DNA of 62,448 bases, the filler included, from Ionaspis alba (taxonomy: Eukaryota): NCBI GenBank assembly GCA_964255285.1. It is 4 parts of 4 records of this genome, joined end to end, with 100 filler letters (N's around TTAATTAATTAA, not from the genome) between each part and the next. Parts side by side here need not be neighbours in the genome. Positions count along the whole stretch, not along the records: positions 1 to 15,542 come from CAXUUL010000372.1; 3 more parts are not named here. The stretch is one strand, 5' to 3'. Positions 1-12,418 of this stretch are shown one piece after another. Both the position numbers and the translations under genes were made by a program. Below the pieces are notes generated by a model. It saw only the letters and a list, made by a program, of their open reading frames with translations. It was not told the DNA's origin and ran no database searches. How positions within the stretch are numbered: the stretch's first letter is position 1; each line of letters begins with the position of its first letter.

Positions 1-382
1 TCTGCGATTTGTGCTGCTTGCCATTCTGCGGTTTTGCAGTTGTCGGATGCTCTGGTTTCGGGGGCGATTTCCCTATCGGTGATGGAACCGTCGGTGGTCC
101 AACCATCGGTGGTTCTAATAACGGTAGTTTTGGTATCAGCGGAAAGCTTGGCGGTTCGATCGAAATTGGCCCTGTGGTTTTGGGTCCTGGTTGGGGGTCG
201 GTATCGAACTGGGGATTGGGAGAGAGGGCCATTGCATCTCGGGTCTGGTGTTTGACGTCGTTCGTGGGGATGAGATAGTCTCTAACCACGAAATCCACGG
301 CTTCCTGGTTGGTGGGATAGGCTGAGGACAGTGCTAGGAGAGAGATTGCGGCGAATAGAACACCGCTAGAGGTATGCATCAT
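1..382 (-). CDS. Secreted proline-rich protein, 5' part (runs off window start)
   Basis: Manual translation from ATG 382 is open to base 1: MMHTSSGVLFAAISLLALSSA-YPTNQEAVDFVVRDYLIPTNDVKHQTRDAMALSPNPQFDTDPQPGPK...; hydrophobic signal peptide followed by a Pro-rich tract. Absent from the ORF track because it has no stop in the window. Confidence 0.65.
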   Translation of the reverse strand, partial: MMHTSSGVLFAAISLLALSSAYPTNQEAVDFVVRDYLIPTNDVKHQTRDAMALSPNPQFDTDPQPGPKTTGPISIEPPSFPLIPKLPLLEPPMVGPPTVPSPIGKSPPKPEHPTTAKPQNGKQHKSQ

Positions 383-2961
383 AGCAATGCTGGTCGAGGA
401 ACGGGAATATCGATTAGCTCGGCAAGACAATGAAGAAAGATTCTCGAACCAGGACGAGACAACGAGTTGGCAGAAAGAAGAGATGCGGTCGGCAATAGGT
501 GCTACCAGAGCTGCAGTTTCGTATAAGAAGTGATTTTGGGATTTTTGGACTTATCGATCAGAGAAGGACTTCGAAGAGTGGTCTTATAGAAGTCTGCGGC
601 GTGTCGATTACGACTCCTTTACCCATAGGATCTTGACTGAATTGCACGGAATCCGCGTCGTGGTTGGCAGCAACAAGTTCGTACAACATGTCTGCAAGGG
701 CTTGAGATGTATCTGAGACGATCTATTTACTGTGCCAGTGGACCATGTCGTTTCCCCTTCGACATCTTGACAACTGGTAGGATTCCATAGTGTCTGTATT
801 GAGGGCCCGTCGGAAATTATCAGAAATGCTGCTGGATGCATGCCAAACCCAACAGCTGCAGGCGGCCCATTCTCGGCGGCTGTTGATCAATCGCTTCCTT
901 GTGCCGAAGAGACTGAGTTGCATCAGTGATGGAGGCTCCAGAACAGAGCTCCTAATAGGACAATACGTAACATCCAATGATTCTTGATAACAACGATCTG
1001 CTGTGGAACAAACATCAAACAAGAGTGCTTGTGATTAGTCTCTGTGGAGGCGCACGAAGATCAAACAATGCACATATGGCGAGGAGAATGCGATGCATGT
1101 CACAACGCCTGGAATCTGTGGTGGCGACGAGAGGACAACTCAAAACACGCAATAACGATAAGGTCGGCGAAGATAACCAAAAGACAATTATAGGGAATCC
1201 TGTGTGAAGCGGTAACACTGTTGGGGAACACCACAACTTTTCTTTCTATATTGTATGAAAGCCGTTGACAGGGAACAGAAGCAGAGCAAGTGATGGCCAC
1301 CATGCAAGAATAGTGGTCCATCCATCATGCAGACACTATGTGCAAGGTTACCGTCGCCGCAAGTTTTGTTTAGGGGTGATGTGAGGCAGTTGTTGGCTCT
1401 TCTGACGACTTGCAATAGCATCAAGGAAAGGCCTGGAGAATGGGGACCATATCGGGGACCACATGTGCGATGGTTGAGTGACGCCACATAGAGTCGCGGT
1501 CAAGAGGTTTGTTGTTATTTGACAGGGCAGAACTGGCACAGCTCGATATGTTGGTGAGGACGAAGGCTGGTTATACATGAACCAAGCTAGAGCGCAGGAG
1601 TGCAGCATTCATCCGGAAAGGACTGAGGGGCGATGCACCGTCTGAGTCTACATATTCTATATGCTCAGCACAGAGCTACGACATCAATCATTCGATTACA
1701 GGCCCCAACCGTTCCGGTTTATCATTGCATGTGCCCAGGATCTAAGTCTTATTAACTCAAAGCTTCATTCCGGGCGACCTTAATGCTCCACCTGGCGGAG
1801 ATTTCTCCTCTGGATTCAAATCAGGGCTGCGTGGAGTGTGTGCGAATCTCGAGATGGAAAANNNNNNNNNNNNNNNNNNNNNNNNNNNNNNNNNNNNNNN
1901 NNNNNNNNNNNNNNNNNNNNNNNNNNNNNNNNNNNNNNNNNNNNNNNNNNNNNNNNNNNNNGTGGTAGGGGCGGATACCCCACGGCTGCTCTAAGAATAG
2001 TCGGTCCGGGGGACTCGAACTACTTGAAAAGGAGATGAGGATAGAGGACTCCAAGCTTTTTTTGTCGTGTATGATTATGCTTCAATTCTCTGATTTTTCC
2101 GTGAGGTTCCCATAAGCTCTTGAATTTATTTCACCCGATTGAAGTTTCTTGCAACGATTGTCGAAATCTTCTACTGCCAGCGAATGCACCTAGGAGTACG
2201 ATTTGCTCGTTCGTCGTTTTTGCCGATCATCAACCATAGCTAAATCTCGTTCCCGGCATCTCCTCACTAGCACTAGCTTCACCACATACTGCTAACCGTC
2301 CTTGGCCGTTTACCCCTGAGCGCTCACCCACTCCCAAGCATTCAAATTTCCACCCTCCTTTTCTATGCCGGCACAACGTGACGACGGCATTGGATCCAAG
2401 GACCATCCTTCCAAACCTTGATTCCCATCTGGTCGAAACTCGGGAGAACGCTACTTCGTCCAACCCCTATATCCCAGCATCCGTGTCTGGGTCCGGCATG
2501 GCAGATGAGCAAGGCCAAGTCAAACTCGTGGCGGGCCTTGGTGCTGCTCTCTGTTCTCTCCTCAATGGCACCATGCACGCGAATCCCTTCTAGCTCTTGT
2601 TTCCTGCCAATGTCGTCGTTGCCTTTAGCCGAAGCTCAGGAACGCCTTACCCTATGTGCTTTTTAGATTTTCGAGGCAAACGGGTTACGAGGGCTCGGCC
2701 TCGATCTTTACCTGATACTAAAGCAATGCACTCCCCATGGGCGTATCTGTTGTCTGATTATGCGCATCTTTCCAAGTCCACGTTCTTTTTGTTCGAGTGC
2801 ATCTTGGTTAATTGATTGACCATTACTGTCGTTATTGTATAGATCTTTCTGGACGTTGTACCAATTCTATTTTGGTTTTTGCCTTTCCCGCCAGATCATT
2901 TGGTTACATAATTTATATACATCTTTAATACTTCATATTCACTCTTTTGTAGCACAGCACG

Positions 2962-4642
2962 ATGCATGCAAACCTCGCGAGACTTGCCCTCGGGCTTGCT
3001 CTTGCTGGACTCGGTTCCGCACTACCCACCGACGATGGGATCTACAACCTCTTCAACAAGCGTGCTTTGACACCGGACAACACTTGTGGACTGACTGGAG
3101 CCGGTGCTGGCAAGGGCTATACATGTGATCCGACATTGCCTCAAGGTGGATCATGCTGCTCGCAAAATGGATACTGCGGTTGGTTATCAGGGTTGAACTT
3201 CGCAGGAGCGAATGTGCTGATGATGCGTAGGAGCCACTGTGGATTACTGCGGTACAGGGTGCCAGCCAGGATATGGAACTTGTACAACCAACACTGGCAC
3301 TGGCACCACCAGTGCTACCACCCCAGGCACAACCTCCGTTGCCGGAACAGGAACATGCGGACCTAGCTTTGGAAAGACAAAGTGCCCTACAGGCCAATGC
3401 TGCTCCGCTGCGGTAGGTGCTCTATAATCGGGCCCAAATTCAAACAACTGACATCGAGGGAAGGGATATTGTGGAACCGGACCCGACTACTGCACGGATC
3501 CCGACTGTCAATACCTTTACGGAACATGCGACTCCAATACCGTCCCCGCCGGCGCTTCTACAGTCAACGACCCCCGACCACTCCTCGGCAGCGTCTCCTA
3601 CACCGCAGACATCTATGACTGCGTTGTCCCCAACGTCGTCGCCCTGACCTACGACGACGGTCCCTACTTCTACACCGCCCAACTCCTCGACATCCTCAAA
3701 GCCTACGGCTTCCACGCAACCTTCTTCATCACAGGCAACAACCTAGGCAAAGGCCCCATCGACACCACCGCGCCTTACCCCTCCCTGGTACAGCGTATGA
3801 TCGCCGAAGGCCACCAAGTCGCCTCCCACACCTACAGCCACTACTCACTGGACACGATCGGGTCCGCCAAGCGCATCGAGCAAATGACCTACAACGAGCG
3901 CGCCCTCGCCAACATCATCGGAAAATACCCAACCTATATGCGCCCGCCCTACTCGCAATGCAGCAGCGCCTCCGGCTGCCAAGCCGACATGCAAAAGCTC
4001 GGCTACCACCGCATCTACTTCGATCTCGACACCCAGGACTACCTGCACACACTCACCACCAACGTCCAGGTCAGCAAGGATATTGTCAAAGCCGCTATCA
4101 ATGGCGCTCCCGCGGGTGGCGACTTCCTCAGCATCCAGCACGATATCCACCAGCAGAGTGTCGCGAACCTGACATCTTACTACTTCGACCTCATCAAAGC
4201 CAAGGGCTGGAAGGGTGTCACTGCCGGCGAGTGTCTCCAAGACCCAGTCGCGAACTGGTACCGCACGCCTGCTGGTGGCAGCACCGTGCCCCCACCCGTC
4301 AGCTCTTCTGCAACATCGCCTGCACCCGTCACCACATCGGCTGCTCCGCCCGCACCCGCCACGACCACGACTTCCGCCTCGCCTCCTCTGTCCACTGCCC
4401 CTCTCACCTGCGTCGTCAGTGCCGGCGGCTTCTGCGGCACGATCCCGCACTTCAATAATGCGGCCACGTGCCAGAGTAGCGATTATAGCTGCTATAGTCA
4501 GATCAACAAATGCTTGAGACAGGCGGGGAAGAAGAATCGCACGGCTTGTAATCGGTATGCGGGGATTTGTGATCAGTTGGCGGGGTATTGTGGGACTTGT
4601 GCGAGTGGGTGTGATGATGCGAGTTTTTTGGCGACGGTTTGA
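2962..4642 (+). CDS. Secreted chitin/polysaccharide deacetylase (CE4) with two N-terminal hevein/CBM18 modules and a C-terminal Cys-rich domain; exons ~2962-3178, 3231-3412, 3464-4642
   Basis: Signal peptide; CCSQNGYCG...YCGTGCQ and CCSAAGYCG...YC hevein patterns after splicing; NodB motifs ALTYDDGP, HQVASHTYSH, YMRPPY, QHDIH; Ser/Thr/Pro linker; GT-AG introns restore the frame. Confidence 0.93.
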
Positions 4643-4932
4643 ATGGGAGTGGGTTATAGAAGGGGGAGGGGGTAAGTAAGTGGAGAGGGGAAGATGCATG
4701 GGTTGGATATAATTGTGGGATGTGTTGTATATAGGTTTTGGATGTACATTNNNNNNNNNNNNNNNNNNNNNNNNNNNNNNNNNNNNNNNNNNNNNNNNNN
4801 NNNNNNNNNNNNNNNNNNNNNNNNNNNNNNNNNNNNNNNNNNNNNNNNNNTAGCACTGCAAGTCAATGTCAGCATTGAGAGTCTGCCCCATTGATTGACC
4901 TCTTTGGATGATTTACGATAGGCCCCTCCCCA

Positions 4933-5721
4933 TCAAACATGCAGACCAAGCTTGCAGAAATTGCACTCCTTTGTAGCTCGCTTCTTTTCCTCATTGCGCT
5001 GCAAAATGGAATTCGAGACCGCCTCTTCCATTTCTGAAGATTCAGCTTGGGTCTGTGGATGTGTCGGGGCTTTCCCAAGAAAAGGTGGAAAGACCTTCAA
5101 CAGGAAACCTTTGAGGGACGTCTCTTTGATTCCGAACATGAACCTAAAGTCGAGGATTGGATGTTCTAGCCCAAAATGGCGAATGGCATCGAATTTTCCC
5201 TTTCAGATCTCGAGAAAAAGCAAATTCCATTCGTTACAACCGCACTGATATTGGCGCAGGACGGCTGACTTGTCGATAAACTCGCCCTTCAACTCTGTTT
5301 CCTTGTGCTTTTCGATGGCGTACTCGTTGTAATCTGCTGACGAAGAAAGCCATTCATAGTCTTCCCGAAGAAAGACTAGCTCAAGGGACACAATGCTCGG
5401 GCGATGAACAGGCGAGAATTTGTCGAGCATTTGTGTGAACGCATACACGGTTTCTCCTTGTGGCAGAACCTAGGTGTTGGTACTCAAGTACAGGTGTAGC
5501 ATCTGGTCCTCGATGGCTGGCGGGATTGGCAGTAGTCCCAGTGTTTGATCCTTGAGAATCCCTCTGGAAGTCCGGAGCATCACACAGAAGACATTGTTGT
5601 CATAGGTAAGAAAGAAGGAACTGGATGAGTAGCAGTTCTCCGTCAAAACGACATACGGAGAGTCTTCAAAGAGCATGGCCAAGAGTCTGTGAATCATGGG
5701 GACGTTGGAAGGAATTAACAA
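4933..5721 (-). pseudogene. Probable pseudogene of a fungal hypothetical protein (DUF7730-like motif)
   Basis: ORFs 5470-5721, 5203-5448 and 4933-5139 are in one frame, separated only by single stops (TAG 5470-5472, TGA 5203-5205); MLRTSRGI...LYLSTNT*...SIVSLEL resembles the LLRTCRQI..LYSTNTF pattern of a large fungal family (from memory). Confidence 0.5.
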
Positions 5722-6429
5722 TGCTGATGATACATGTATAAGGGAGATGAGCTCATAAATATAGCTCCAACGCTACATGCAAACCTGCCTCCATCAAACA
5801 TTCATTACCCTAGAAGCAAAGGCGCTGTGGAAGGTCCAGCAACTTACAGACCTCTACCACATGTGCTCGCGGAGAATGATAGTACGCCTGGGCATGATCG
5901 CGGCGGGAACCCTGACTGCCGGAAACCAAAATTGGACCTCATGAGCCCAAATCTGATCACTCACAAGTGGCATAGAATGCTGCATGGCTCATTCAGTGGA
6001 CATCTAGAGCGGATTCCAGAGCCACACGGCGGCACAATGAACAAATTTGGATGGTAAGCATGGTGTCCTGGACGAGTCGGTTCCAGATCGTTTGGCTTTC
6101 TGAGAGCCCTTCGAAGCAGCGATCCGCCAAGTTTGATTTTTGGCCGGCAAGATTTGTTAATACAAGATTGGTGCCACACTTGGCTTCATTTGTGGTAGCT
6201 GGACAACTCATCGTAAATACAGAACAGGAGAATGTGTATTGGCAGACATAACCAGGCTTTGCTCGTGCAGGTGATTAATTCCAGAAAAGATAGGTCCAAG
6301 GACATCGGGATGAAAGGAGTCTCTGCTTGCTGAAAGCAATATGTACATATATCAAGAAGGATCATTCTTTCGTCGTTGTGAGTCTTAGGTATTGGGGAAT
6401 GCTTCATTTCTCAGGTGCTAAGCAGTAAA

Positions 6430-7024
6430 TCATGGCATTTCTGCTCTTTCAGCTTTACCGCCTGCGAATCCATTTCCTGTGACTTCGGCTACACCGTCAC
6501 CGGTCTCTTCACCATCATCAGCATTAGACTTGCCATTGGCTTCATCCAAGGCTCTATACTTCCTCCTCGCCTTCTTGTCCTTACTAGCTTTCTTCTTCCT
6601 CTTCACCTCCCCTTTAATCGCAACTCTGCTCTCAGAGCCTTTCTCAATGAACTCCAGCCGCTCGGCAAGCAGCGTCCTCGCAATCTTTCGATTTTGAGAT
6701 CGAGATCGTGTGGCTTGCGATTTGATGACCATACCGGTAGGGAGATGTTTCAGTTGCACGGCGGATGAGGTTTTGTTCTGTGGAATACACGATAAGCTAT
6801 GGCTCTGAAAATTTGATATGGAAAATAGGTGTACTGACAATTTTCTGTCCTCCTGGACCGCTGCCTTTCAAGAAAGCTTCCTGCAGATCTTCTTCCGGGA
6901 TCTTTGGTCTCGGAGGCATTTGCTTGACATTGTGTGTTGTAGTGCTCATAAAAGGCCTCAAGGCGTATGCAGCTGACCAGATGACCGCCAATGAAGACGA
7001 TCGAGCGGTATTGTATGATAGCAT
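6430..7024 (-). CDS. pth3: Mitochondrial peptide chain release factor-like rescue factor (RF-1 domain, C12orf65/MTRFR/Pth3 type); intron 6778-6838
   Basis: FLKGSGPGGQKI|NKTSSAVQLKHLPTGMVIKSQATRSRSQNRKIAR: GGQ motif, Lys/Arg-rich tail, presequence-like N-terminus. Confidence 0.9.
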
Positions 7025-7132
7025 CTCCACATCATCGTGCTGTGCTATCGATGGTTGTCATCATGATCTGGGAGAGTTTCACAATCTACCACCGTTGTGC
7101 CTTTAGGCCAAGCCAGACTACTCCCTCTGGCA

Positions 7133-7140
7133 CACGTGAC
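7133..7140. promoter_or_regulatory. GTCACGTG E-box (Cbf1/bHLH-type) in the short divergent promoter between pth3 and the SPT small subunit gene
   Basis: CACGTGAC read at 7133-7140; function is inferred from the consensus only. Confidence 0.3.
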
Positions 7141-7340
7141 CGGGACATGAGATTAATTCCCAGTTGCTCCCCTACATGATGATATTAGTATTGAATACGA
7201 TAAAACTGATCTGCCGACGAGCTCACACGCCGGAAAAAAGCCTCCGCTTCTGACTTTCAATCCTCACCTTCTCTGACCTGTGCACGTCCGCAATCCTCGG
7301 TGATCTCACCCATTGACCGTTGATTTCTCCCCTTTGCAGA

Positions 7341-7774
7341 ATGCTCTACACATCCTCTCTCTTCCGCTGGCTGCAGCGCAAACGTTACCAATACGAAGTG
7401 ACGTTCTCCCTGTACATGTTGACACCCACTGAGAAGTTCATCTTCAGTACGTCCTGCCGTGCTCTCGTTCGATCCTCTCGTCCTTCATCCCCCCCGCCCC
7501 AATTCACTGTCATTATAAGAAGCTAAAGGCGCCATTTGCAGACTCCTTTCTATTCCTCTTCCTCTCCATGGTCATCATTGCCGCTTCACTTTACCTGCCA
7601 GAACACATCTCGACGATCATGCGCAGAGCGTGGTTCTACTGGGCGGGAGACGAAACGGGGAGTACTAAGGGGGACATGGGAAGCTTTGGCAGTGAGGGAC
7701 TGGGGCCTAGGGGACGCATAGGAATGGGTAAGGGGAGTGGTGGGGATGTGCTGGAAAGGTTAGGCTCTTTATGA
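7341..7774 (+). CDS. Serine palmitoyltransferase small subunit-like protein (DUF3317); intron 7447-7541
   Basis: RWLQRKRYQYEVTFSLYMLTPTEKFIF|NSFLFLFLSMVIIAASLYLPEHI matches the family signature. Confidence 0.88.
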
Positions 7775-8098
7775 AATGGTGGACAAAAAGGTGCCAGACT
7801 ACTTTTTGGGCTCAAAGTACAGAATTTCAAGATGTGCATACGGCTGTTTGGAGCGTCTATAAAGGGCCTGCGATTCGTGGGCGATGTGGATATATTATAT
7901 GGGCTGCATGGCGTCTGGGATATATCGTACTGGTTTGTGAGTCTCGGCAATACAAGGCAACGTCAAAGTTTCGGATCAATAGCGACAAGAATAATCAATC
8001 AACAACATCTTGAGCTTCAAGACTTCAAGCCTCTTCAGGTCATCTGCTATACTTGTATATCCGGCTTGCCGAAAGCGCTAAAGTCGAACACATCTTGG

Positions 8099-10701
8099 TC
8101 ATGACGTTGTAATTGGTGCCGGTTTTCCCTTCATCAAGTGCCTCATTGTGCAGAACATCAACTCCCCTACTCCCTCCACCCCTCTCTCCTCAAGCCAATT
8201 CAACACCTCAAGCCTATAGTCTGCCCAGGTAATCTTCAGTCCACCATCGACTGCAAGGGACGCCAAGCTTCTTTGAGTTACAGGTCCCGCATGGCGGGTA
8301 TTTAGCATAGGAGCAAATCCGTCCTCGTCCACGGCTTTATCCTCCAAATCGCGGAATGCAGCTATGGAGAGTGCTGACAACGACGGATTGTGAGAAAGAG
8401 AGAAGAGCGTTGATAGGGACTGTGGAGGGGAGAGGGTTTCGGTGTATATGTTCAGAGCAGAGAAGACTGTTGGTGGAAGCAGGCATCCAAGAGCGTTGGT
8501 GTCCGTTTTGTTGAATGCTCGAGTTCGCCACAGGAGGTTGCAGATGTCCATGAGGAAGCCATTGAAGCTGTTCACATAGTCGCGTGGATACTGGTGGCCG
8601 GATTGATTGGGTTGAGTAATACTAGCTTCGAAAGTACGTTTATAGATGGCGAGTATGGAGCAGAGGCGAGAAAGATTGCTGAGGGACGGGGAAAGAAAGG
8701 TTAGAAGATACACAGTCTGAGGAAGCGGCGTGTGGATGTAAATGTAGTGGTGAGTCGGAGCATGTGAGATGGTGTATGCGAGTGCTTCGTGGTATGTGAG
8801 GATTGATGAGATGGTCGATTGGGTCGGCGGACTTGCGGCGAGAGTGTGAAGGGAAAGGAGGGAGGCGTGGTTGATCAGGGCACCTAGGGCGGAAAGTGAA
8901 GGTGCCGTATTTGCTGGGGGGGAATCGGTCAAGGCCAAGAGCTGACTAGTCCATTGGCGAAGGAGAAGCGTGTAATACTCCAGAAGAGCGGAACTGGATT
9001 CAGATGTGTTGTCAAGTACTGCATCCTCGAGCTTTGACAAGATCGAGGCTCTTAGATCTTGGGAAATCAGCTGTAACCTTTCGACGTTGAAATCATCATG
9101 AGACAGTACCCACCTTCGAACGATCCTATGGGTAGATAGGCCAATAAACCCAGGATAAGGTCTCTTTTGTCCTGACCATCCCAGATGTCCATGAATTCTG
9201 TCAAAAAAATTTGAACGGGCTTTGATAAGACCTAAAACGATGAACTTGTGAACAGTAATATCGGGTGTGTTTCAGTCACCTTTGTATACATAGTATAACT
9301 CAAAGTCTTCTCTAGAATTTCGATTAGTTGCTTTGACATTCCCTTACCATCTTCTTCGCTCATAGCCTGTATATGAGAGGCAAGGAATGAGGACAGCCAG
9401 TTATCAATACGCCTGTTCGCCATTTCGCCATCCTTGAGGTTGACAAGTTTCTGTAACAGTGGGTCATCCAGGACGGAGATCATTTGATTCGGCAACTCAA
9501 TTCTGTCGAACTTCTCAACAAAGTCCTCTATATCATGGACTTCTTCCAAAGAAGTAGATGACTAGAGCCATGATCAGCCCGATACCAGTATTGATGAACA
9601 GAGCAGGCCCACCTGGCAAGAAATGTAAGTATGAACCTCAGGAACAAAAGATGCATGACCTCTTGTTCCACGTCTTCGAGACACTTCGAAGACCGAATCA
9701 CCAGTCTGGCCTCGAAGAGAATCACCCGTGTTAGCGTCATGAATAAGATGTAGTCGATCTCTCCATGACGGATCCGGATGCTATAAGTTTTTCATTAGAA
9801 GAATAACTTGTGAGCAGATTCTTACTTACCTCGAAACATTGTTGTTTTCTTGTACTTTCTTCACCAACGATGATGTCCGGATAGTACTCTTTGTAGACCC
9901 TTAGAAGCCCCAGTAGAGGAGGTTCGTCTCCAAATGTTCTCGAAAGCTCAAGTCTGCGCACAACACGATGATCAAATAATTGACGGCACTACAGAACAAG
10001 TAAGAACATACAGCATCTGCACACGGAAAGGTTTGACATGTTTCCTCCGCGTAATCATTGCAAGTAGGTGGCAAAGATTTGCACTGGAGCTGTCAGTAGA
10101 GCTCCCCACTACCAAACAACAGCCCTCTCACCGAATACTGATCATATCGAGCATGTTGAACAGTGTGCCGTACAACTTGGTCAAAGTCGTTGGGTCTTCC
10201 AACACCTCGTAAACCAAGATGAGCCATTTTAGGAGGTGGTTCTGAACGGCAAGAGAAGGTTTCTGCTGGCCTTGACCGAAGGAAGAAACCACCATACAAA
10301 CCAGATGTGAAGATATTCGTTCTGCCGGATAGAGTCCTTTGATCAGTGTTGCAAGACTCGCCTGATCGAGCTGGTTGGGTAACGTGACTATATCCAGAAT
10401 GGTTGTCAGGGCAAGATTTGGCAATCCTTGCTGGCGGCCGAAGCTACAGATCGAGTGGATCAATGGCCGGACCTGATAGCTTCGAGTCTTGGCCGGTAGC
10501 CTTGATGCTTTCACATAATCTTTTAGCCTAAACTCGACATGCTGTTGTTCATGGGACGTTTACCGCTTGTAAGATCAAGGATCGTTTGATCTAGATCTAT
10601 GTCTCCATCTCTGATCGAATCCTGCTCTGCACGAAGTTAGTCGGATCAATGGCAATTTTGGGCTCTTCTTCATCTCTACCAGCATCAATCACCGCAGGCA
10701 T
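8099..10701 (-). CDS. mis6: Inner kinetochore protein Mis6/CENP-I/Ctf3, multi-exon
   Basis: Segments TLFNMLDMISIR, EPPLLGLLRVYKEYYPDIIVG, LEEVHDIEDFVEKFDRIELPNQMISVLDDPLLQK, NGFLMDICNLLWRTRAF, RHAGPVTQRSL are typical of fungal CENP-I; start ATG 10701 is inferred with an intron after codon 3. Confidence 0.85.
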
Positions 10702-10801
10702 AGCACTAGCCGTCAATGCACTTTCTGACAAGCTGCAGAAATCGGGGTTGGCTCTGTGTCAGGTCGTGTTGCCGACCTCGGCATTGAGCTTGAAGTGTCA
10801 A

Positions 10802-10834
10802 CGACGTCGCGTCGGTGGCTTTCGACGTCGCGTC
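10802..10834. repeat. Direct repeat CGACGTCGCGTC x2 (MCB-like ACGCG core) upstream of mis6
   Basis: Identical 12-mers at 10802-10813 and 10823-10834. Confidence 0.5.
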
Positions 10835-12418
10835 CGCATCAATTTCCTAGTGTCGTCGCCGGCCTGATGGACAACCACCATGGACTGCAACGGCGCAATC
10901 GCTAGTCCGACTAACTGATCTCGTGATGTGGATTGCCTGTTGATGTGACAGAGACAGCGGGACTTGCATGACATCGCGGTATCGTCCGTGCCATTCCATG
11001 AATTGGTGCAAATGGCGTCGGGCTTGACTCTCTGTTGTATCTCCCAATATGGCTGAGCTCGATGTATGTCATGCTGGCGGACCGCTCATAGTGCACGGCA
11101 CTTACCATTCCATTCTCCTCATTCCATCTTTAAGCGGAGGAGGCGGAGTCTGACCCGAGTCTAACGAGTAAATAGAGCGGGAGACTAAGGGGATCTCGAC
11201 ATATCCCTGAATCAGCTCTCGGCGAGTCCTCCAACGCTTCTTCCTTCAAGCAGCTAGTCAGTCCTCATGCGGAGACACACGCCCAGGTCTGTCTGAAGGA
11301 GGCCAACCGTGCGGCCCATGTTTGGGTGCCCAAGCTCAGGACTATCTTCCTTCAACGGCCGCAGCTGTTGATCTTGCTTCGGTACCACGTCTACCTTAGC
11401 CTCCGAGGTCAGGCCTGTGACCGTCACTTGAGGTACACCACTCCGGTGGAGCAATCTTCTGACGCCAATCCTACTCCGCAGCCAACCCCTAAGGAGTCGA
11501 CCGGCGGCTAAGTCGATGCCCGGCTTATTGTCATTCGCATGGAGTGAAGGACATGTGAAGAAATTCTGTCAGCTTTAATCACGAATGTCAGATCCGCCTT
11601 GTGCGTGGTGTGTCTTTCGTGTGCGTCCTCGTTGGCTGTGGCCTGCCATAGAATCCTGTTCCACGAGCGATTCAATATAGTGTTCACTGTCTCAAAGCCA
11701 CTGATCCTAGTATCGATTTGATATCTTCTTGGATTCATGGTTATGGAACGGCCATGATTTAGATCTACCGACCCAATCCGGCCTCGATGCGGGACGGAAC
11801 AGTGACAAAGACTTGAATGGCTAAGCGACGGAAGTCCTACGATAGCACTATTGATATCATCTGCATCTCCCTGCGGCAGTAGCGTTCCCGCCTTCCTGGC
11901 GTTTGGACTGTCTAGACTCTTTTGCATTGAGCCGTTCGTCAATCTTGCAGCTGTGCTACGGCATAGAATCGGCCACGACGAACTCTAATTTGAGGAGAAG
12001 CGCTTGAGCACTACGTACAATAGGCCATCTTTAACAATGTGTTCTCCGTCTGGACCAGTCATGTGTCAACTGTGTTCATGGTGCCTATGCACCTGTGGGT
12101 GTTCGCCAGGGAGAGATCAGGCAAATAGCCCTCGTTTTGCGCTCCTTCAATGGAACGAAAACACCGTCACCACCGACAGAACTGCAAGGAACATTGCCTT
12201 TCGAGATGACAACTACTTATGGAGATCGATAACTGTGGGCAAGCTCAAGCATGGAAACAGTGGGGCCGATTAGCAGCCGAAACGTGAATTTATTCTGATC
12301 GTTTTGGCATTTAGGGCCAGTGCTGCGAACTTGCGGCCTTCGTGGAGCCTCAACAACCCCTGAATGAGAAGCTTCATCGGTATTGCTGAATTGGCATTGC
12401 CTTCATCATCCATTGCTA

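Noticed and set aside
600..2900. Many short overlapping ORFs upstream of the deacetylase
   Set aside because: No motif, consistent frame or splice pattern recognised; may be decayed sequence but cannot be supported.
3845..4891. 348-aa antisense ORF
   Set aside because: Shadow of the GC3-rich chitin deacetylase; it also crosses an N-gap.
11100..12300. GC-rich intergenic stretch considered as telomerase RNA, another ncRNA or a small gene
   Set aside because: No TAACCCTAA-type template or other recognisable RNA motif, and the ORFs lack features; needs an Rfam/Infernal scan.
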